From the NCBI GenBank assembly GCA_028826165.1, contig JAPDFW010000033.1:62001-126000 (forward strand): 64,000 nt of DNA, in the 5' to 3' direction. This document shows, piece after piece, positions 12,423-26,300 of the stretch (its first letter is position 1; each line of letters starts with the position of its first letter). A program made the position numbers and the translations under genes. The stretch is from Anaeramoeba ignava BMAN. Lineage: Eukaryota > Protista > Anaeramoebae. A model generated the notes under the pieces. The model searched no databases. It saw nothing but the letters and a program-made list of their open reading frames with translations, and was not told the origin of the DNA.

Positions 12423-12765
12423 TTGGTTTTTTTTTTAATTAATTAAAAAGAAAAAAATGAAAAAAAAAATTTAAAAAAAAATAAAAAAAAATATATAATT
12501 TTTTAACAAAATGACTCATTTATTATTTTATTTTTAATTTTAATTTAATTTATTTTATTTTTTGTTCCACTTTTCTTTTTACTTTCCTTTTTGAATTATT
12601 TTTGAATTATTTTATATTATTTTAATTTATTTTTTGTTCCACTTTTCTTTTTACTTTTATTTTTGAATTATATTTGAATTATATTTGAATTATTTTAATT
12701 TATTTTTAATTTATTTTTAATTTTCTTTTTGAATTATTTTAAATTATTTTTAAATTATTTTTGAA

Positions 12766-15242
12766 TTATTTTTTTGACATTTCAAATAGAAATTTGTTTA
12801 AATCATCTTCAGTTTTAAATTCAGCTAAAAAACAACTTTTTTGTGATTCTAAATGAACAAATTTTGAATTTTTTTGATCACAAGAAGTTTTAGTTTCTCC
12901 ATAATTAAATACAATAATCATTTCTTCATCTGTAAATTGAAAATAATCAGAAAATAAATATAACCATCCTTTTGTTATTTCTTCTTGTTTATGAATTTTG
13001 ACTGGAAAATGAAATAAAGATTTTTCTTTTAATTTTTTCATTAATGAAGTTTCATTTCTCTTTTGTTTTTTTTCTTCTGAAACTATATAATTCAAAACAT
13101 CATTTTGATTTTCAATTTGATTTTCAATTTGATTTTCATTTTCAATTTGATTTTGATTTTCAATTTGATTTTCAATTTGATTTTCAATTTGATTTTGATT
13201 TTCAATTTGATTTTCAATTTGATTTTCAATTTGATTTTGATTTTCAATTTCATTTTGAATTTGAATTTGAATTTGATTTTGATTTTCAATTTCATTTTGA
13301 ATTTGAATTTGAATTTGATTTTGATTTTGATTTTGATTTTGATTTTGATTTTGATTTTGATTTTCATTTTCAAATTGATTTTGATATTGATTTTCAATTT
13401 GATTTTGATTTTGATTTTGATTTTGATTTTCATTTTCATTTTGGTTTTCATTTTTATTTTCATTTTCAATTTGATTTTGATTTTCAATTTGATTTTCAAT
13501 TTGATTTTCAATTTGATTTTGATTTTGATTTTGATTTTCAAATTGATTTTGAATTGGATTTTGATTTTGATTTTGATTTTGATTTTCATTTTCATTTTCA
13601 TTTTGATTTTCATTTTCAATTTTATTTTCATTTTCAATTTTATTTTCATTTTCAATTTTATTTTGATTTTGATTTTGATTTTGATTTTGATTTTGATTTT
13701 CATTTTCATTTTCAAATTGATTTTGATATTGATTTTCAATTTGATTTTCAATTTGATTTTGATTTTCAATTTGATTTTCAATTTTATTTTCAAATTGATT
13801 TTGATTTTCAAATTGATTTTGATTTTGATTTTCAATTTGATTTTCAATTTGATTTTCAATTTGATTTTGATTTTGATTTTCAATTTCATTTTCAATTTGA
13901 TTTTCATTTTCAATTTTATTTTCAATTTGAATTTGATTTTCAATTTTATTTTTATTTTCATTTTCAATTTGATTTTCAAATTCATTTTCATGATAAATTA
14001 TTTCTGATGATTTTGACTCTTGTAAATGAATTGAAAAAGGTGAAATATTTAATTCATTTTCTTGGAAATGTAAATGATTTTCTTGTTCTTTTTGAATCAA
14101 ACTATTCTTATTATCATTAACACTTTCAAATTCTTTTTGAATTTCTTTTTCTTTTTCTTGTTTTTCAAAATAATTATGATGAAAAGAAGCTTTGAAAATT
14201 CTAACACAACTACAAACAAAATTTCCTAAATCATTTCCACAAGAAATTGAATATTTTTTATCAGAATCAAAAATTATTTCCAAAATTTGATTTTTTGGAA
14301 GAAATTGAACAGAAAACTAAAAAAAAAACAACATTATTTAAACTGTAAGAATAAAAGAATTTGAAATGGAAAATATCTTTTTACATTTGGATTTGTTTTC
14401 CATTCACTTTCGTATTTAATTATATCATTAACAAAAAGTTGAATAGAATTAATAGAAATTTTTAATAAAATTTTTGGAGAAATGGATTCAAAATGAAAAA
14501 TAACTTCTTTTTTAATAAAAACTCTTAATATCAAAGCATTTGTTTCTTCACTAACTAAATTAATAATAAATTAAAATATTATTCATTACTTTATTATATT
14601 TTATTAATTTAGTTTATTTACATCCAATAATTTCACCTGAAATTCGAAAATTTGAATCAAATTGTGTTAATAAATTGAAGTAAAAAATATTCATTTGAAT
14701 AATCTTGAAAATTAAAAATCTTTCATAAACATTTTGTGCTTGGAATAAAATACTGTGATTATCATCAATATCTAATCTCGCGAGTCTTTCATCTAATTTT
14801 GAAAGAAATAACTTGATAAAAAAAAGCAATTTAAAATGATAAAAATATTGTTTTTATATTTTTAATTTTCAATTTTATTTTTACAATTGATTTCATATTC
14901 TTGACAAAATTCATTTTAATGATTTGCGAAGAATTTGCAATTAGAATTGTTATTCTTGAACTTTCTATTCTCAGAATTGAAGGAACAGAATTGGGATAAG
15001 ATTTTGGATTAATTTCAATCTTTTTATTTTTGTAAAAAATTTAATTTTTTAATTTTTTAATTTTTAAATTTTTAATTTTAAATTGAAATTTTTACAAAAA
15101 ATTCAATAAATCCTTTTGCAAAAAATTCTTGAATAATTTCTTTTGATTCTTGAAGTGTTGGTTGTTGATTTTCTTCAAAAAATTGATAATAATTTGGAAA
15201 AGAAGAAATTTCTGGATTTTTTGATAATAAAACTGAATTCAT
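12766..15242 (-). CDS. Tandem PH-like (SCAB-type) domain protein with a long EN/NQ low-complexity insert and a C-terminal PH-like domain
   Basis: Exons 15242-15096, 15019-14885, 14811-14622, 14554-~14385, ~14316-12766. Segment FLIFKIIQM...ISGEIIGFSEETNALILRV aligns by eye with FLIVKTFQM...LNGEIIGEEYEIEALTQRI of the giant gene at 20362-31989. Confidence 0.7.
13105..13980 (-). repeat. Coding hexamer/dodecamer repeat (ENQI/NQ)n
   Basis: About 290 codons of GAA AAT CAA ATT variants inside ORF 12766-14283. Confidence 0.9.
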
Positions 15243-15390
15243 TTTTAAAAATTAAATTAAAAATTATTTCTTTTATTTGAAATGAATCAAATTAAATGAA
15301 ATGAAAGAAAAAAATGAAAACTTTTTTTTTTTTGAAAAAATATTTTTGTTTCTTTCTTGTTCCAAAAAAAAAATAAAAGTGGAAAATTAA

Positions 15391-18107
15391 TTATTTCTTT
15401 TTTTCATCTGTTTTTTTTGGTCTTTTCATAAAATCAATATCAGGTTTTTTAAGTGAAGTTAATTCTGTATATTCTCCCATTTTAGAAAAAGGAATAACTT
15501 CTTCTTTATCAATTTGTTTGAGTCTTTTAATCCATCGTTTAAGATACTAAATTATATTTAATAAATATAAAATTAAATTTAATAAAAAATTTTTTTAAAA
15601 AGTGGAATAAAAAAAATAATTTTTTTTTTACAAGTTTTCTTTTCTCTTTGTTTTCAGTTGGTGACCAAAAGAATTCAGGTTCTAAAACTTGAAAACCACA
15701 GAAATAAACTATTATTATTTAATTTAAAAAAAAATTTTTTTTTTGAAATGAATTTTGTTCCACTTTTTTTTTAAAAAAATTTTTTTTTACATGAATGAAG
15801 AAATGGAAAGAAAATTTGTGATAAATCTCCATTTAATCCTTGTTTTGAATACAAAAATTCAGGTCCTCCAGTTGTTGTAGAAATGAGAACTTTTTTTTGA
15901 ACGAATGGTCCTTTATCATAAATATTTGGATAAGAATAAGCCCATCCACTTGTTAAAACTCTATCTAACCAACCTTTTAAAATTGCAGGAATCTAAAAAT
16001 AATTTTTTCAAGATTTTTATTAAAATTAAATATAAAATTATTTATAAAATTATTTATAAAATTATTTATAAAATTATTTATAAAATTATTTATAAAATTA
16101 TTTATAAAATTATTTATAAAATTATTATTAAATCTATTATTAAATCTATTTTTAAATCTATTTTTAAATCTATTATTAAATCTATTATTAAATCTATTAT
16201 TAAATCTATTTTTAAATATATTTTTAAATCTATTTTTAAATCTATTTTTAAATCTATTATTAAATCTATTATTAAATCTATTATTAAATCTATTATTAAA
16301 TCTATTATTAAATCTATTTTTAAATATATTTTTAAATCCATTATTAAATCTATTATTAAATCTATTATTAAATCTATTTTTAAATCCATTTTTAAATCTA
16401 TTTTTAAATATATTATTAAATCTATTTTTAAATATATTTTTAAATCTATTATTAAATCTATTATTAAATCTATTATAAAATTATTTATAAAATTATTTAT
16501 AAAATTATTTATAAAATTATTTATAAAATTAATTATAAAATTATTTATAAAATTATTTATAAAATTATTTATAAAATTATTTATAAAATTATTTATAAAA
16601 TTATTTATAAAATTATTTATAAAATTATTTATAAAAATTATTTATAAAATTATTTATAAATCTATTATTAAATATATTTTTAAATCTATTATTAAATCTA
16701 TTATTAAATCTATTATTAAATCTATTATTAAATCTATTTTTAAATATATTTTTAAATATATTTTTAAATCTATTATTAAATCTATTTTTAAATCTATTAT
16801 TAAATCTATTTTTAAATCTATTTTTAAATCTATTATTAAATCTATTTTTAAATCTATTATTAAATATATTTTTAAATATATTTTTAAATATATTTTTAAA
16901 TCTATTTTTAAATCTATTTTTAAATCTATTATTAAATCTATTATTAAATCTATTTTTAAATCTATTATTAAATCTATTTTTAAATCTATTATTAAATATA
17001 TTTTTAAATATATTATTAAATCTATTTTTAAATATATTTTTAAATCTATTATTAAATCTATTTTTAAATCTATTTTTAAATCTATTATTAAATCTATTTT
17101 TAAATCTATTTTTAAATATATTATTAAATCTATTATTAAATATATTATTAAATCTATTTTTAAATATATTATTAAATCTATTTTTAAATATATTTTTAAA
17201 TCTATTATTAAATCTATTATTAAATCTATTATTAAATCTATTATTAAATCTATTTTTAAATTTATTATTAAATATATTATTAAATCTATTATTAAATATA
17301 TTATTAAATATATTATTAAATCTATTATTAAATCTATTATTAAATCTATTTTTAAATATATTATTAAATATATTATTAAATCTATTATTAAATCTATTAT
17401 TAAATCTATTATTAAATATATTTTTAAATTTATTATTAAATCTATTAATCCTTAATTGAATTGTTTGATTTTCATACACCAAACCACCATAAAGGAAATT
17501 GAAAAATAATTAAATCAGCCCATTCAACTTTTTTTTGTTCTTGTAAAATATCTTCTTTTAAATTCCCTTTCTTTTGTTCAACTTGATATTTTAAAAAATC
17601 TTCATTTTCTAATTGAGTAAAATCATCCTAAAATCAAGAAGAAATTAAAATTCATTTATAAAATTAAAATTTAAATTTAAATTCATTTATAAAATTAAAA
17701 TTTAAAATCAAAATTTAAATTAAAATTTAAATTAAAATTCATTTATAAAATCAAAATCAATATTAAAATTAAAATTAAAATTGAAATTAAAATCAAAATT
17801 AAAATTTAATTTCGAAATTACTTTATCAGCAACTGCTTTCCATTTCATTGCATAAAGATCACTAACTTGAATATCATGTCCTTCTCCAGATAAAATTTGA
17901 AAAGCTTTATTTTTAAGAGCTGAATTAAAAGATTTTGGTTCTGGCTAATAATTTAATAATTAATAAAAGAAAAGAAGAGAATAAATAAATAAAAAATAAA
18001 AAAAAGCAAAAAAAAAAATTAAATTAAAAAGAGAAAGAATTTAATTCTCTTTTAATTTATTTAATTCTCTTTTAATTTACATGAGCGTAAATAATTAAAA
18101 CTTTCAT
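15391..18107 (-). CDS. NAD(P)H:quinone oxidoreductase-like flavodoxin-fold protein (NQO1/2, KefF/MdaB family), 244 aa, 6 exons
   Basis: Exons 18107-18081, 17944-17822, 17627-17478, 15992-15791, 15708-15632, 15546-15391. Translation [16 protein letters not shown]...VSDLYAM...[33 protein letters not shown]...ISTTTGG. Confidence 0.93.
16030..17450. repeat. Intronic 12-bp satellite in two alternating block types (TAAAATTATTTA and TAAATCTATTAT/TTTT)
   Basis: Fills intron 15993-17477; explains spurious ORFs 15905-17455, 16114-16389 and 16625-17482. Confidence 0.95.
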
Positions 18108-18166
18108 AAAAAAATTTGAAATGAAAAAAATGAAAAAATTTTTTATTTTTATTTTTTTATTTTTAA
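18108..18166. promoter_or_regulatory. 59-bp head-to-head intergenic region, putative bidirectional promoter
   Basis: ATG of the NQO-like gene at 18107 (-) and ATG of the M3 peptidase at 18167 (+). Contains TTTTTCATTT motifs on the minus strand. Confidence 0.55.
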
Positions 18167-20272
18167 ATGAAAAATTATTTTAATAAAATTCAAAATAATT
18201 TATTTAAATTTTATCCTTCTTTTTTAATCCAAAATTTTTTTCATAGTTTTAAAAATAATCCAAAACAAGAATCAAATAAATTTTCTTGTTTAGAAAAACC
18301 ACATTTAATAATGAATTGCTTACAAAATTCAATTAACAAAACAAATAATTTGATGGATAAATTGATCAAAAATGGAACAATTAATTTAAAAAAAACAATT
18401 GGAAATGAAAAACAAAAAATTGAGGAAATGGAAAATATTCTCGATTTATTTAGCCAAATCTCAAATAGCATTTCAAAAATAGCAGATATTTCTCAATTTT
18501 TCCAATTTTCTCATCCTGATAAAGAAATCCAAATTCAATCAAGAAAATGTTTTGGAATTTCCAAGGATTTTATCCAAAAATTAAATTTGAATGAAAATCT
18601 TTATTCCATTTTGAAAGAAGTGAAGAATCAAGAAGAATTCAAATTATTATCAAAAGAAAATCAAAGAGTAACTAATTTATTAATTGAAGATTTTGAAGAA
18701 TCAGGAATTTGTTTATCTCAACAAGGAAAATTAGAAATGGAGCATATTCAATCCAAAATTCGTGATTTGGTTTTTGAATTCAACAAAAATATTGATGAAT
18801 CAATTCCAGAAATAGAAATTTCAGAAGAATCACAAAATGATTTTTTGGAAGAGTTGAAAAATATTGAATCAGAAAATAAGCAAAATAGCAAAAATAGAAT
18901 AATAAGTGCATTTCTTAAATCAAAAAAAGAAGATATTCGGAAATCTGTTTTCCAGTCTATTTTATCGACTCCAGTTGAAAATGTGGATGTTTTGAAATCA
19001 CTGGAAAAAGAAAGAAGAAATTTTTCAAAAAAACTCGGATATGAATCTTATTCACATTTAGCTTTGAAAAATTCAATAATGGAAACACCCGAAAATGTGA
19101 TTCAATTCTTGGAGAAATTCGCAAATGAAATTGAACCAAGAGTTTGTATAGAAATGGACTGGCTAAAAAAAGAGAAAGAGAAAGAAACAAAGAATTATAA
19201 TTCATCTTCTGAAATACAAATTAATCCATGGGATTATGAATATCTTTCCGAATCCATTTTATTAAAACAATTCCCTGAGTTATCCAATAATTCTTCTTTC
19301 TCATTGAAGAAATGTTTTGTGGGATTGAAAAATATTATTCGCAAACAATACGGAATAATTCTTCAAGACTGCAATGTTTCTAATGAAAAAATTTGGGATC
19401 CAAAAGTTAAAAAAATATACGCATTAGATGAGAAAACAGGAGAACTTGTTGGAATTTGTTATTTTGATTTTTATAATCGCAAGAATAAAATATTTCATTC
19501 AGGAATTTTCCCAATTTCATCAGGAATTTGGAACAGAAAATTAAACAAGAAAAGACAAATCCCAGAACTTGTTGTTCTTTTTAATTTTCTAGAAGAAGAA
19601 AATGATGATGCTCACCTCACTTTTCAACAAGTAAAAATTCTTCTTCATGAATTTGGACATTTGATTCATTATCTATTATCAAATGTGGAACATCATCATG
19701 TTTCAGGATTAAGAAATTTGTCAGAATTAGAAGAAGTTCCTTCAATTCTTTATGAATACCATTTATTTAATTGGGAAATTGTTCGAGATTTGTTGAATAA
19801 TGAAGGAAATGAGGATGTTAAAAGAATAACAGAGAAAATCAAATATTCTTTTTCAAGATTTTTTGCTATTTCTACACAAAAAAAAGTTTTGGATTCTTTG
19901 ATTGATTTGAAAATACATTATAAAACAAATTTCCCAAAATCCGTTGAAGAAATTTATCAAAAATTGATGATAAGATATAAATCAAAATCTTTCAAATATT
20001 GTTATCCAGAAATTCGACTTAGACATTTATGTTTTAATCCTTCTTCTCATTACAAATATCTTGTTTCTTCTTGTATTGCTTCTATAATTTGGAAAAGAAT
20101 TTTTGGGGAAGATGCTTTTAATAAAGAAGCTTGTAATAAATTTAAAAATCTATTTTTGATTAAAGGAGGTTCTTTAGATTCTAAAGAGATTTTAGAAACA
20201 ATTTTAATACAATCAAAATGGAAAAAGGAAGATTTAATAAAAGGATTTATTGAGATGAATTTAGAAAAATAA
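18167..20272 (+). CDS. Peptidase M3, mitochondrial intermediate peptidase (MIP/Oct1)-like, intronless
   Basis: HEFGH zinc motif, INPWDYEY, CYFDFYNRKNK, EEVPSILYEY and GGS..near the C-terminus. The N-terminal ~30 aa lack acidic residues, as in a presequence. Confidence 0.85.
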   Translation: MKNYFNKIQNNLFKFYPSFLIQNFFHSFKNNPKQESNKFSCLEKPHLIMNCLQNSINKTNNLMDKLIKNGTINLKKTIGNEKQKIEEMENILDLFSQISNSISKIADISQFFQFSHPDKEIQIQSRKCFGISKDFIQKLNLNENLYSILKEVKNQEEFKLLSKENQRVTNLLIEDFEESGICLSQQGKLEMEHIQSKIRDLVFEFNKNIDESIPEIEISEESQNDFLEELKNIESENKQNSKNRIISAFLKSKKEDIRKSVFQSILSTPVENVDVLKSLEKERRNFSKKLGYESYSHLALKNSIMETPENVIQFLEKFANEIEPRVCIEMDWLKKEKEKETKNYNSSSEIQINPWDYEYLSESILLKQFPELSNNSSFSLKKCFVGLKNIIRKQYGIILQDCNVSNEKIWDPKVKKIYALDEKTGELVGICYFDFYNRKNKIFHSGIFPISSGIWNRKLNKKRQIPELVVLFNFLEEENDDAHLTFQQVKILLHEFGHLIHYLLSNVEHHHVSGLRNLSELEEVPSILYEYHLFNWEIVRDLLNNEGNEDVKRITEKIKYSFSRFFAISTQKKVLDSLIDLKIHYKTNFPKSVEEIYQKLMIRYKSKSFKYCYPEIRLRHLCFNPSSHYKYLVSSCIASIIWKRIFGEDAFNKEACNKFKNLFLIKGGSLDSKEILETILIQSKWKKEDLIKGFIEMNLEK

Positions 20273-20361
20273 TTAAAATAAAATAAATAAAATTGTTTTG
20301 TTTTGTTTTGTTTTGTTTTTATTCCACTTTTTGATTTAAAAAAAAAAAAAGGAAATGAAAA

Positions 20362-23300
20362 TTAAATGATCATTTCTCCAATTCTTTTTCTGAATTCTTC
20401 AAAAATTATGGATGAATGAAATTGAAATTGAATTTCTTGTTGTGTTTGATCAAAAATTTGCATAATTGGAAGTGTTTTATGAGTTTTAATATGCAAATCT
20501 CGATTCAATTCCAATTCTAAACGTTGATTATTATCTGTTTGAATAATTAATTGTGAAGGTTTTAAAATGGCTTTTGCAGTAAGATTTTCTGAAATTTTCA
20601 AATTAAAAGTTGATTTGCGAATTTTAATTAAAAATGAATCAAGTCTTAAATTTCTTAATCGAATAAAATTTTCTTTTGCCTTTTCATCAGAAAATAGAAT
20701 TTGGAGTTTTTCATTTTGATTTTCATTTTGTAAAAAGAAATTGGAATCTTTTTCAGTTATGATTCCTTTCTCTTTCTCAATATCCCAAGTGAATTCTTCG
20801 TTTTGAATTTTGACTAAAAGAGAAAAATTCTTGAATGAAAGTTGTCCATCAATTCTTTGATCGTTTGAGTCAATAAAGACAACATTGAAAAAAGGAAATG
20901 AAATGGATTTTTGTTTTTCATAGAATTTGAGTGAAAAAAGTTCAGCTGTTTCTTGATTTTTGAACTGGATAATTTTGGAATAAGAAGAATTTGATGTTTG
21001 ATTCAAAAAACTTATTTTGATGAATTCCTTTTTGGTTTTGTGACTGGAAAGTTTTGTGTCTTCATAAGATAATTTGTTTTTCTCAGGATCTTTTAAAATG
21101 AAAGAATTCATCGTAAAGTTTGATTTTCAATTTTGGATTGGGAGGATTTCCAACAATGTGGATTGGGAAAATAAGTGCTTGTTTTGATTCTTCTTTTTTG
21201 TGTTTTACTTCCAAATTATCTTCTTTGGATTTTTCATCTTGTTGGCTTGAGTCGCTGTCAACTTCTTTAATAATCATTGTTTCACTAGAAATCAATTTGT
21301 TTTTTTCGTGGATTGAATCATCTTCTTTCTGATTATTGGTTTGAATGTTCTTTGTTTCACTTTCAATCTCGCTTGAATCTTGTTCGGTTGTATCATCTTC
21401 ATCATCTTGATTGAGATTGATTTGATTATCATTTGAAATACTTTTTTTTTCACTTTCAATATCATTCGAATCTTGTTCGGTTGTATCATCTTCATCATCT
21501 TGATTGATATTGATTTGATTATCATTTTCGTTATTCTTTTTTTCACTTTCAATATCATCTTCACTTGAATCATCTGAATCTTTTTCTCTAATATTTTTGT
21601 TATCAATTGAGATAGGAATTGCAACAGGAATTTTAACAGGAATTTTCTTTTTTTCACTTTCAATATCATCTTCACTTGAATCTTGTTCACTTGAATCATC
21701 TTCATCTTTTTGATTAAGATTATTTTGATCTTTTTCATTTTCATTCTCATTTTTATTTTCATTTTCATTCTCACTTGAATCTTGTTCACTTGAATCATCT
21801 TCATCTTTTTGATTTTGATTTTCGTTTTGATTTTGATTTTGATTTTGATTTTGATTTTGATTTTGATTTTGATTTTGATTTTGATTTTGATTTTGATTTT
21901 GATTTTGATTTTGATTTTCGTTTTGATCTTGTTCAATTTCACTTGAATCATCTGAATCTCTTTCTCTAATATTTTTGTTATCAATTGAGATAGGAATTGC
22001 AACAGGAATTTTAACAGGAATTTTCTTTTTTTCACTTTCAATATCATCTTCACTTGAATCTTGTTCACTTGAATCATCTTCATCTTTTTGATTAAGATTC
22101 TTTTGATCTTTTTCATTTTCATTTTTATTTTTATTTTCATTTTCATTCTCACTTGAATCTTGTTCACTTGAATCATCTTCATCTTTTTGATTTTGATTTT
22201 GATTTTGATTTTCGTTTTGATTTTGATTTTGATTTTGATTTTGATTTTGATTTTGATTTTGATTTTGATTTTCATTTTCATTTTGATTTTGATTTTCGTT
22301 TTGATCTTGTTCAATTTCACTTGAATCATCTGAATCTCTTTCTCTAATATTTTTGTTATCAATAGAAATAGGAATTGCAACAGGAATTTTAACAGGAATT
22401 TTCTTTTTTTCACTTTCAATATCATCTTCACTTGAATCTTGTTCACTTGAATCATCTTCATCTTTTTGATTAAGATTCTTTTGATCTTGTTCATTTTCAT
22501 TCTCATTTTTATTCTCATTTTCATTTTCATTTTCGTTTTCACTTGAATCATCTTCATCTTTGGGATTAACAATCAAAGTGTTTTCAGGAACAAGTTTTTC
22601 TTTTTCTTGATCTTGATTTTGAGATGAATCGTAAATAAGAATTGGTTTTTGGTTATCATTATCAAAATTATTGTTATTATTTTGGTTTTCTAGATTGACA
22701 TCAGATTCATTTTGCGAAGATAAATCATCGAGATCAATCTCGGATTCTTGGTTGATTTCTTGATTTTCCTGCAATTGAATTGGATGAGCATGAGAAATCG
22801 AGTGGCGAAAAGTTTTGGAAGAATCGTATCTTTCTCGATTGAGATTAAGTGAATGACGAGTAAGAGTTCTTTTGACAAGTGATTTGTGTTGGTGATCAAG
22901 AATTAAGAGACGCTGACAAAATGAAGGGAATTGGGCAAGATGGCGCGTGGAAAGATGGAATTGTTGGTCTTTATGAGTGAGGATGAGAATGTTCTTTTCA
23001 GAGTTGATTGTGATGTTCACTTTTGTTTTAAAAGGAAGTTTATGCAATTGCTTGTCAGAAGTTTTGATGATAACTCCATGTTTTTTCACACTTAATGTTG
23101 CTTTTTTGTTAGTTTGGTCAGGAAGATGAAGGAAAACCGAAAAGGAGTTTATTCGAAGCACTTTTTGGATCTTTTTAAGTGCGCGAAGAACGATTCCTAA
23201 GTTCTGTTGAGAATCAAACTTGAGCTCAAAACTGAGAAAATTGTGGGTGATTTTGGCAATGTGTTTTTCGCGGGAAAATTTGGTTTCAAGGGTAACGCGC

Positions 23301-26300
23301 ACGGATTCGGGACGTTGATCTTCGGAATAAAAAACCTGCAAAAGATTGTACTCAATTTTAAGCATTGCTGGTTTGAATTCGTTGCCTGTAACTGATTGAC
23401 TGCGAATTTCAACTTTGAAGTTGATCGGTTCCATGAAAATGGATTTCGTCTCAAGTGTGACTCTCGGAGACAAGGTCGTGAATTGCCGCGCGAGATTCAA
23501 GTCGGGTCGAGTAATCTCCGAAAGTTGCTCTGTGACTGTGGAGAGTTCCTTCTTGGCCTTGCTGAGGAAACGCTTTCGGATGCGGTCTTTGTCGTAGACC
23601 TCAAGATGTTTTTTCTCTTTCTCTATCTTTTTCTGCTTGCGCTTGAGTTTGCGGAATTGCGTGAATCTCTTGGCAAATAAAGAGCGGTCTGTGGCTGTTT
23701 GGAAGGATATGGTAAAGACATTCTTGGAAGAGCGTAATTGGGCCTTTTCGACGTTGTCCCGATCAACAAAGAATGTTGTTTTCTCAAGTGGATAGTGTTG
23801 ATTTTCAAGGGTTTTATCAGGGTGTCTGAAGAGAAGTGTAACGCCGTCGATGGATATTCGGACTTTTCCTGCGTAGAGTGGCTCGTCATCTTCTGTATAG
23901 AATCCTACACGGAATTTGTAAGTTGGATGTTGTTCAGAAAGTGCTTTGAGTTTAAGGAATTGATCTCGACTTCGGAAAAGATCCGCAACGGAAAGAAATC
24001 GGTCCAATTCGGCCTGATCACCGAATTGGAGGTTGTATGTGTAATCCGAATTCTCCCGCCGAAGCGTAATTGTGCATGTTTTATCCTCAATATCAAGCAC
24101 TTTGAAATTTCGGAGTGAAAATGTAAGTGTGTTTCGATCAGAAAAAAGTGTCACTCTTGATATTGCAAATACAAACCGAGCTGTGCCAAGTGAGCGTGCG
24201 TTTTCAATCACTCTTGGCCAGAATTCGTTCTCGTTTTTGTCCTCTGATTTGTTGTAGATGCTGGAATGTTGAGTGGAAATGAAGAAAGTGTGATTGGTGA
24301 TTTAGTGCTGATTTGTGGAAACGTCGCGCATCGTCTTCAGTTTGGAATAGGAGTTTGATGTATGTCTGATCCCCAAAATCAATCCGGAACTTCTTCTTGT
24401 TTTTTGAACTCAATACAAACTGGATTGATGGTGAATATTCAAATTCAAACAATCTTTTTTGGTTAAAAATCAATGGTTGTTGTTTTTTGGCTGGAATTTC
24501 TTGTTCTTGTTGTGGTATTTCGATTGAGAGACTCAGCGGCTTTTTTAAGAAACCATCGTTGATTTTCATGACTTCTGATTGATTGTTGAGATTGCGAAAA
24601 AGTTTTGGTTTGGGTTCGCTGGTGTTTTCTTTTGGAGATTGCGAAGGAATTTGGAAATCAACAAAATCAGAGGGATTGAGCGATTCTTGTGGTCTTGGTG
24701 TGTCTTGGTGCTTTATTCTTGACGATTTTCTTCGGAAGAAAAATGAGGATGTGCGACTAGGTCGTGTTTCTTTGGTTTTTTGTGTTTGAGTCATTGATTT
24801 TTTAGGTTTCTTCGAATCCGAGACACCAGATTGGGTTTCTGTTGGAGAATGAACAAGCTTTGGTTTTGGAGGGAAAAAAAGACTCTTTGCATGTGGAATT
24901 GAAGGAGCGGAACGAGGATCATTGCGTCTTTTCTCTTTTTCATATTCATCATTTTCAATTTCAATGCTACTTTGATTTAGGGGGATATTTTTACCAAGGG
25001 GTATGTTTTTATTTGGGGGATTGTCTTCATTTGAGGGAGTATCTTGTTTAAGAGTAAATTCTGGAGCAATGTCAATATCTTCTTCATTGAATTTGGAAGC
25101 GAGCAAACTGGAATGAGCGAGTTCGTATGTTTTGAGTTTAACACCATCAGGTTTAGCAATGACTTGACCCTGAACAAGATTATTACGGAGGAAGATCTGG
25201 CAATCCACAGCAAGTTTCTTACTGCTTTCCCACCAAGAAAGTATAAGAGGTGACATGTTCTCTCTTTTTGCATGGAAATCCAAAACAAATCCAAGTCGGA
25301 CTTCGTTCGACAGGAAACCAACAATCAAGAACGAATACTCATCAATGTTGAATCTGCATTGGAGGTTGTTCTGGAAAAAGAGTTTGGAATAGGGACTGTA
25401 TCTTCTGGCAATGATCTGCTTAAAGGCGGGCGATGTAACAGTGAAATATTTTTTGCGCAAACAGATCTTTGCTGAGGAAGAGTCTTGGCCAAATGAGTCG
25501 AAGAGGATCGCGTTGTATGTTGTATCGCCATGTTCTTCAGCGTCGAATTGATTCTGGCTACGTTCACGTTGTGTGCGCTCATCTTCTTGTTGAGGATCCC
25601 ACTTGAAATTTGTCTCGCGTTTTTGTGAGCTCCACCAACTGCGCGCAGATGAATAGAAATCAAGATGTCGCGGAGATAGAAAAACAGGGAAAAGATCGTT
25701 GAGAACCTTTCTCCGCTCTTGTGCACTTGGAATGAGACTCAACTTTCGGAAAAGCATGAAAGTATTGATGAACGTGTCGCGCACGAACGAATCTTTCATC
25801 ACAACAACAAGCTTAATTGAGTCCGTTATTTTGAAGATCACACGGTTCAGTTTGATCGTGTGAAGATAGAACGTTTGTTCATCGCTGTATTTGATTTGGT
25901 AAACCGTCTTTGAATCTTCATGTGATGTTCCCGCTTTAACTTTGAAATATTCAGGCTTGAATCGGAAAAATCCAATATATCCAATATCTCCGAGAATGGC
26001 AACAGAAAAGTCCATTTTGCCCTGCAAAACACTTTGTCGCAAACGTTGGATCATCTGTTTGAAGTCTTGCGATTGCAGGAAAATAAACGGGGATTTGAGG
26101 CGGAAATCGTCTGTGATTGGGGAAAGCGCGTGTGATTGGAGATACTTTGGTGATCCTGACTTAGAAAACTGCGTGAATTTCATGCTCGCAAGAATTTGGA
26201 AGTTCTCCATCATCTCGTTCAGCTGTCGCTTTGTGTAGCGTGGAGAGTTATCCTGCTGGAAACGTCTGAGAAACTTGTACTGATTAGCAAGTCCGAAATC

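Noticed and set aside
13044-14120. Overlapping FDFQ, KIKL and ILIF ORFs (similar ones at 8459-8738, 49569-50150, 51580-51805, 62814-63998)
   Set aside because: Alternative frames of hexamer or other short repeats; no independent coding signal.
15905-17482. Long ORFs of 516 aa (+) and 285 aa (-) with IIKS/RFNN repeats
   Set aside because: They are translations of a stop-free 12-bp intronic satellite inside the NQO-like gene.
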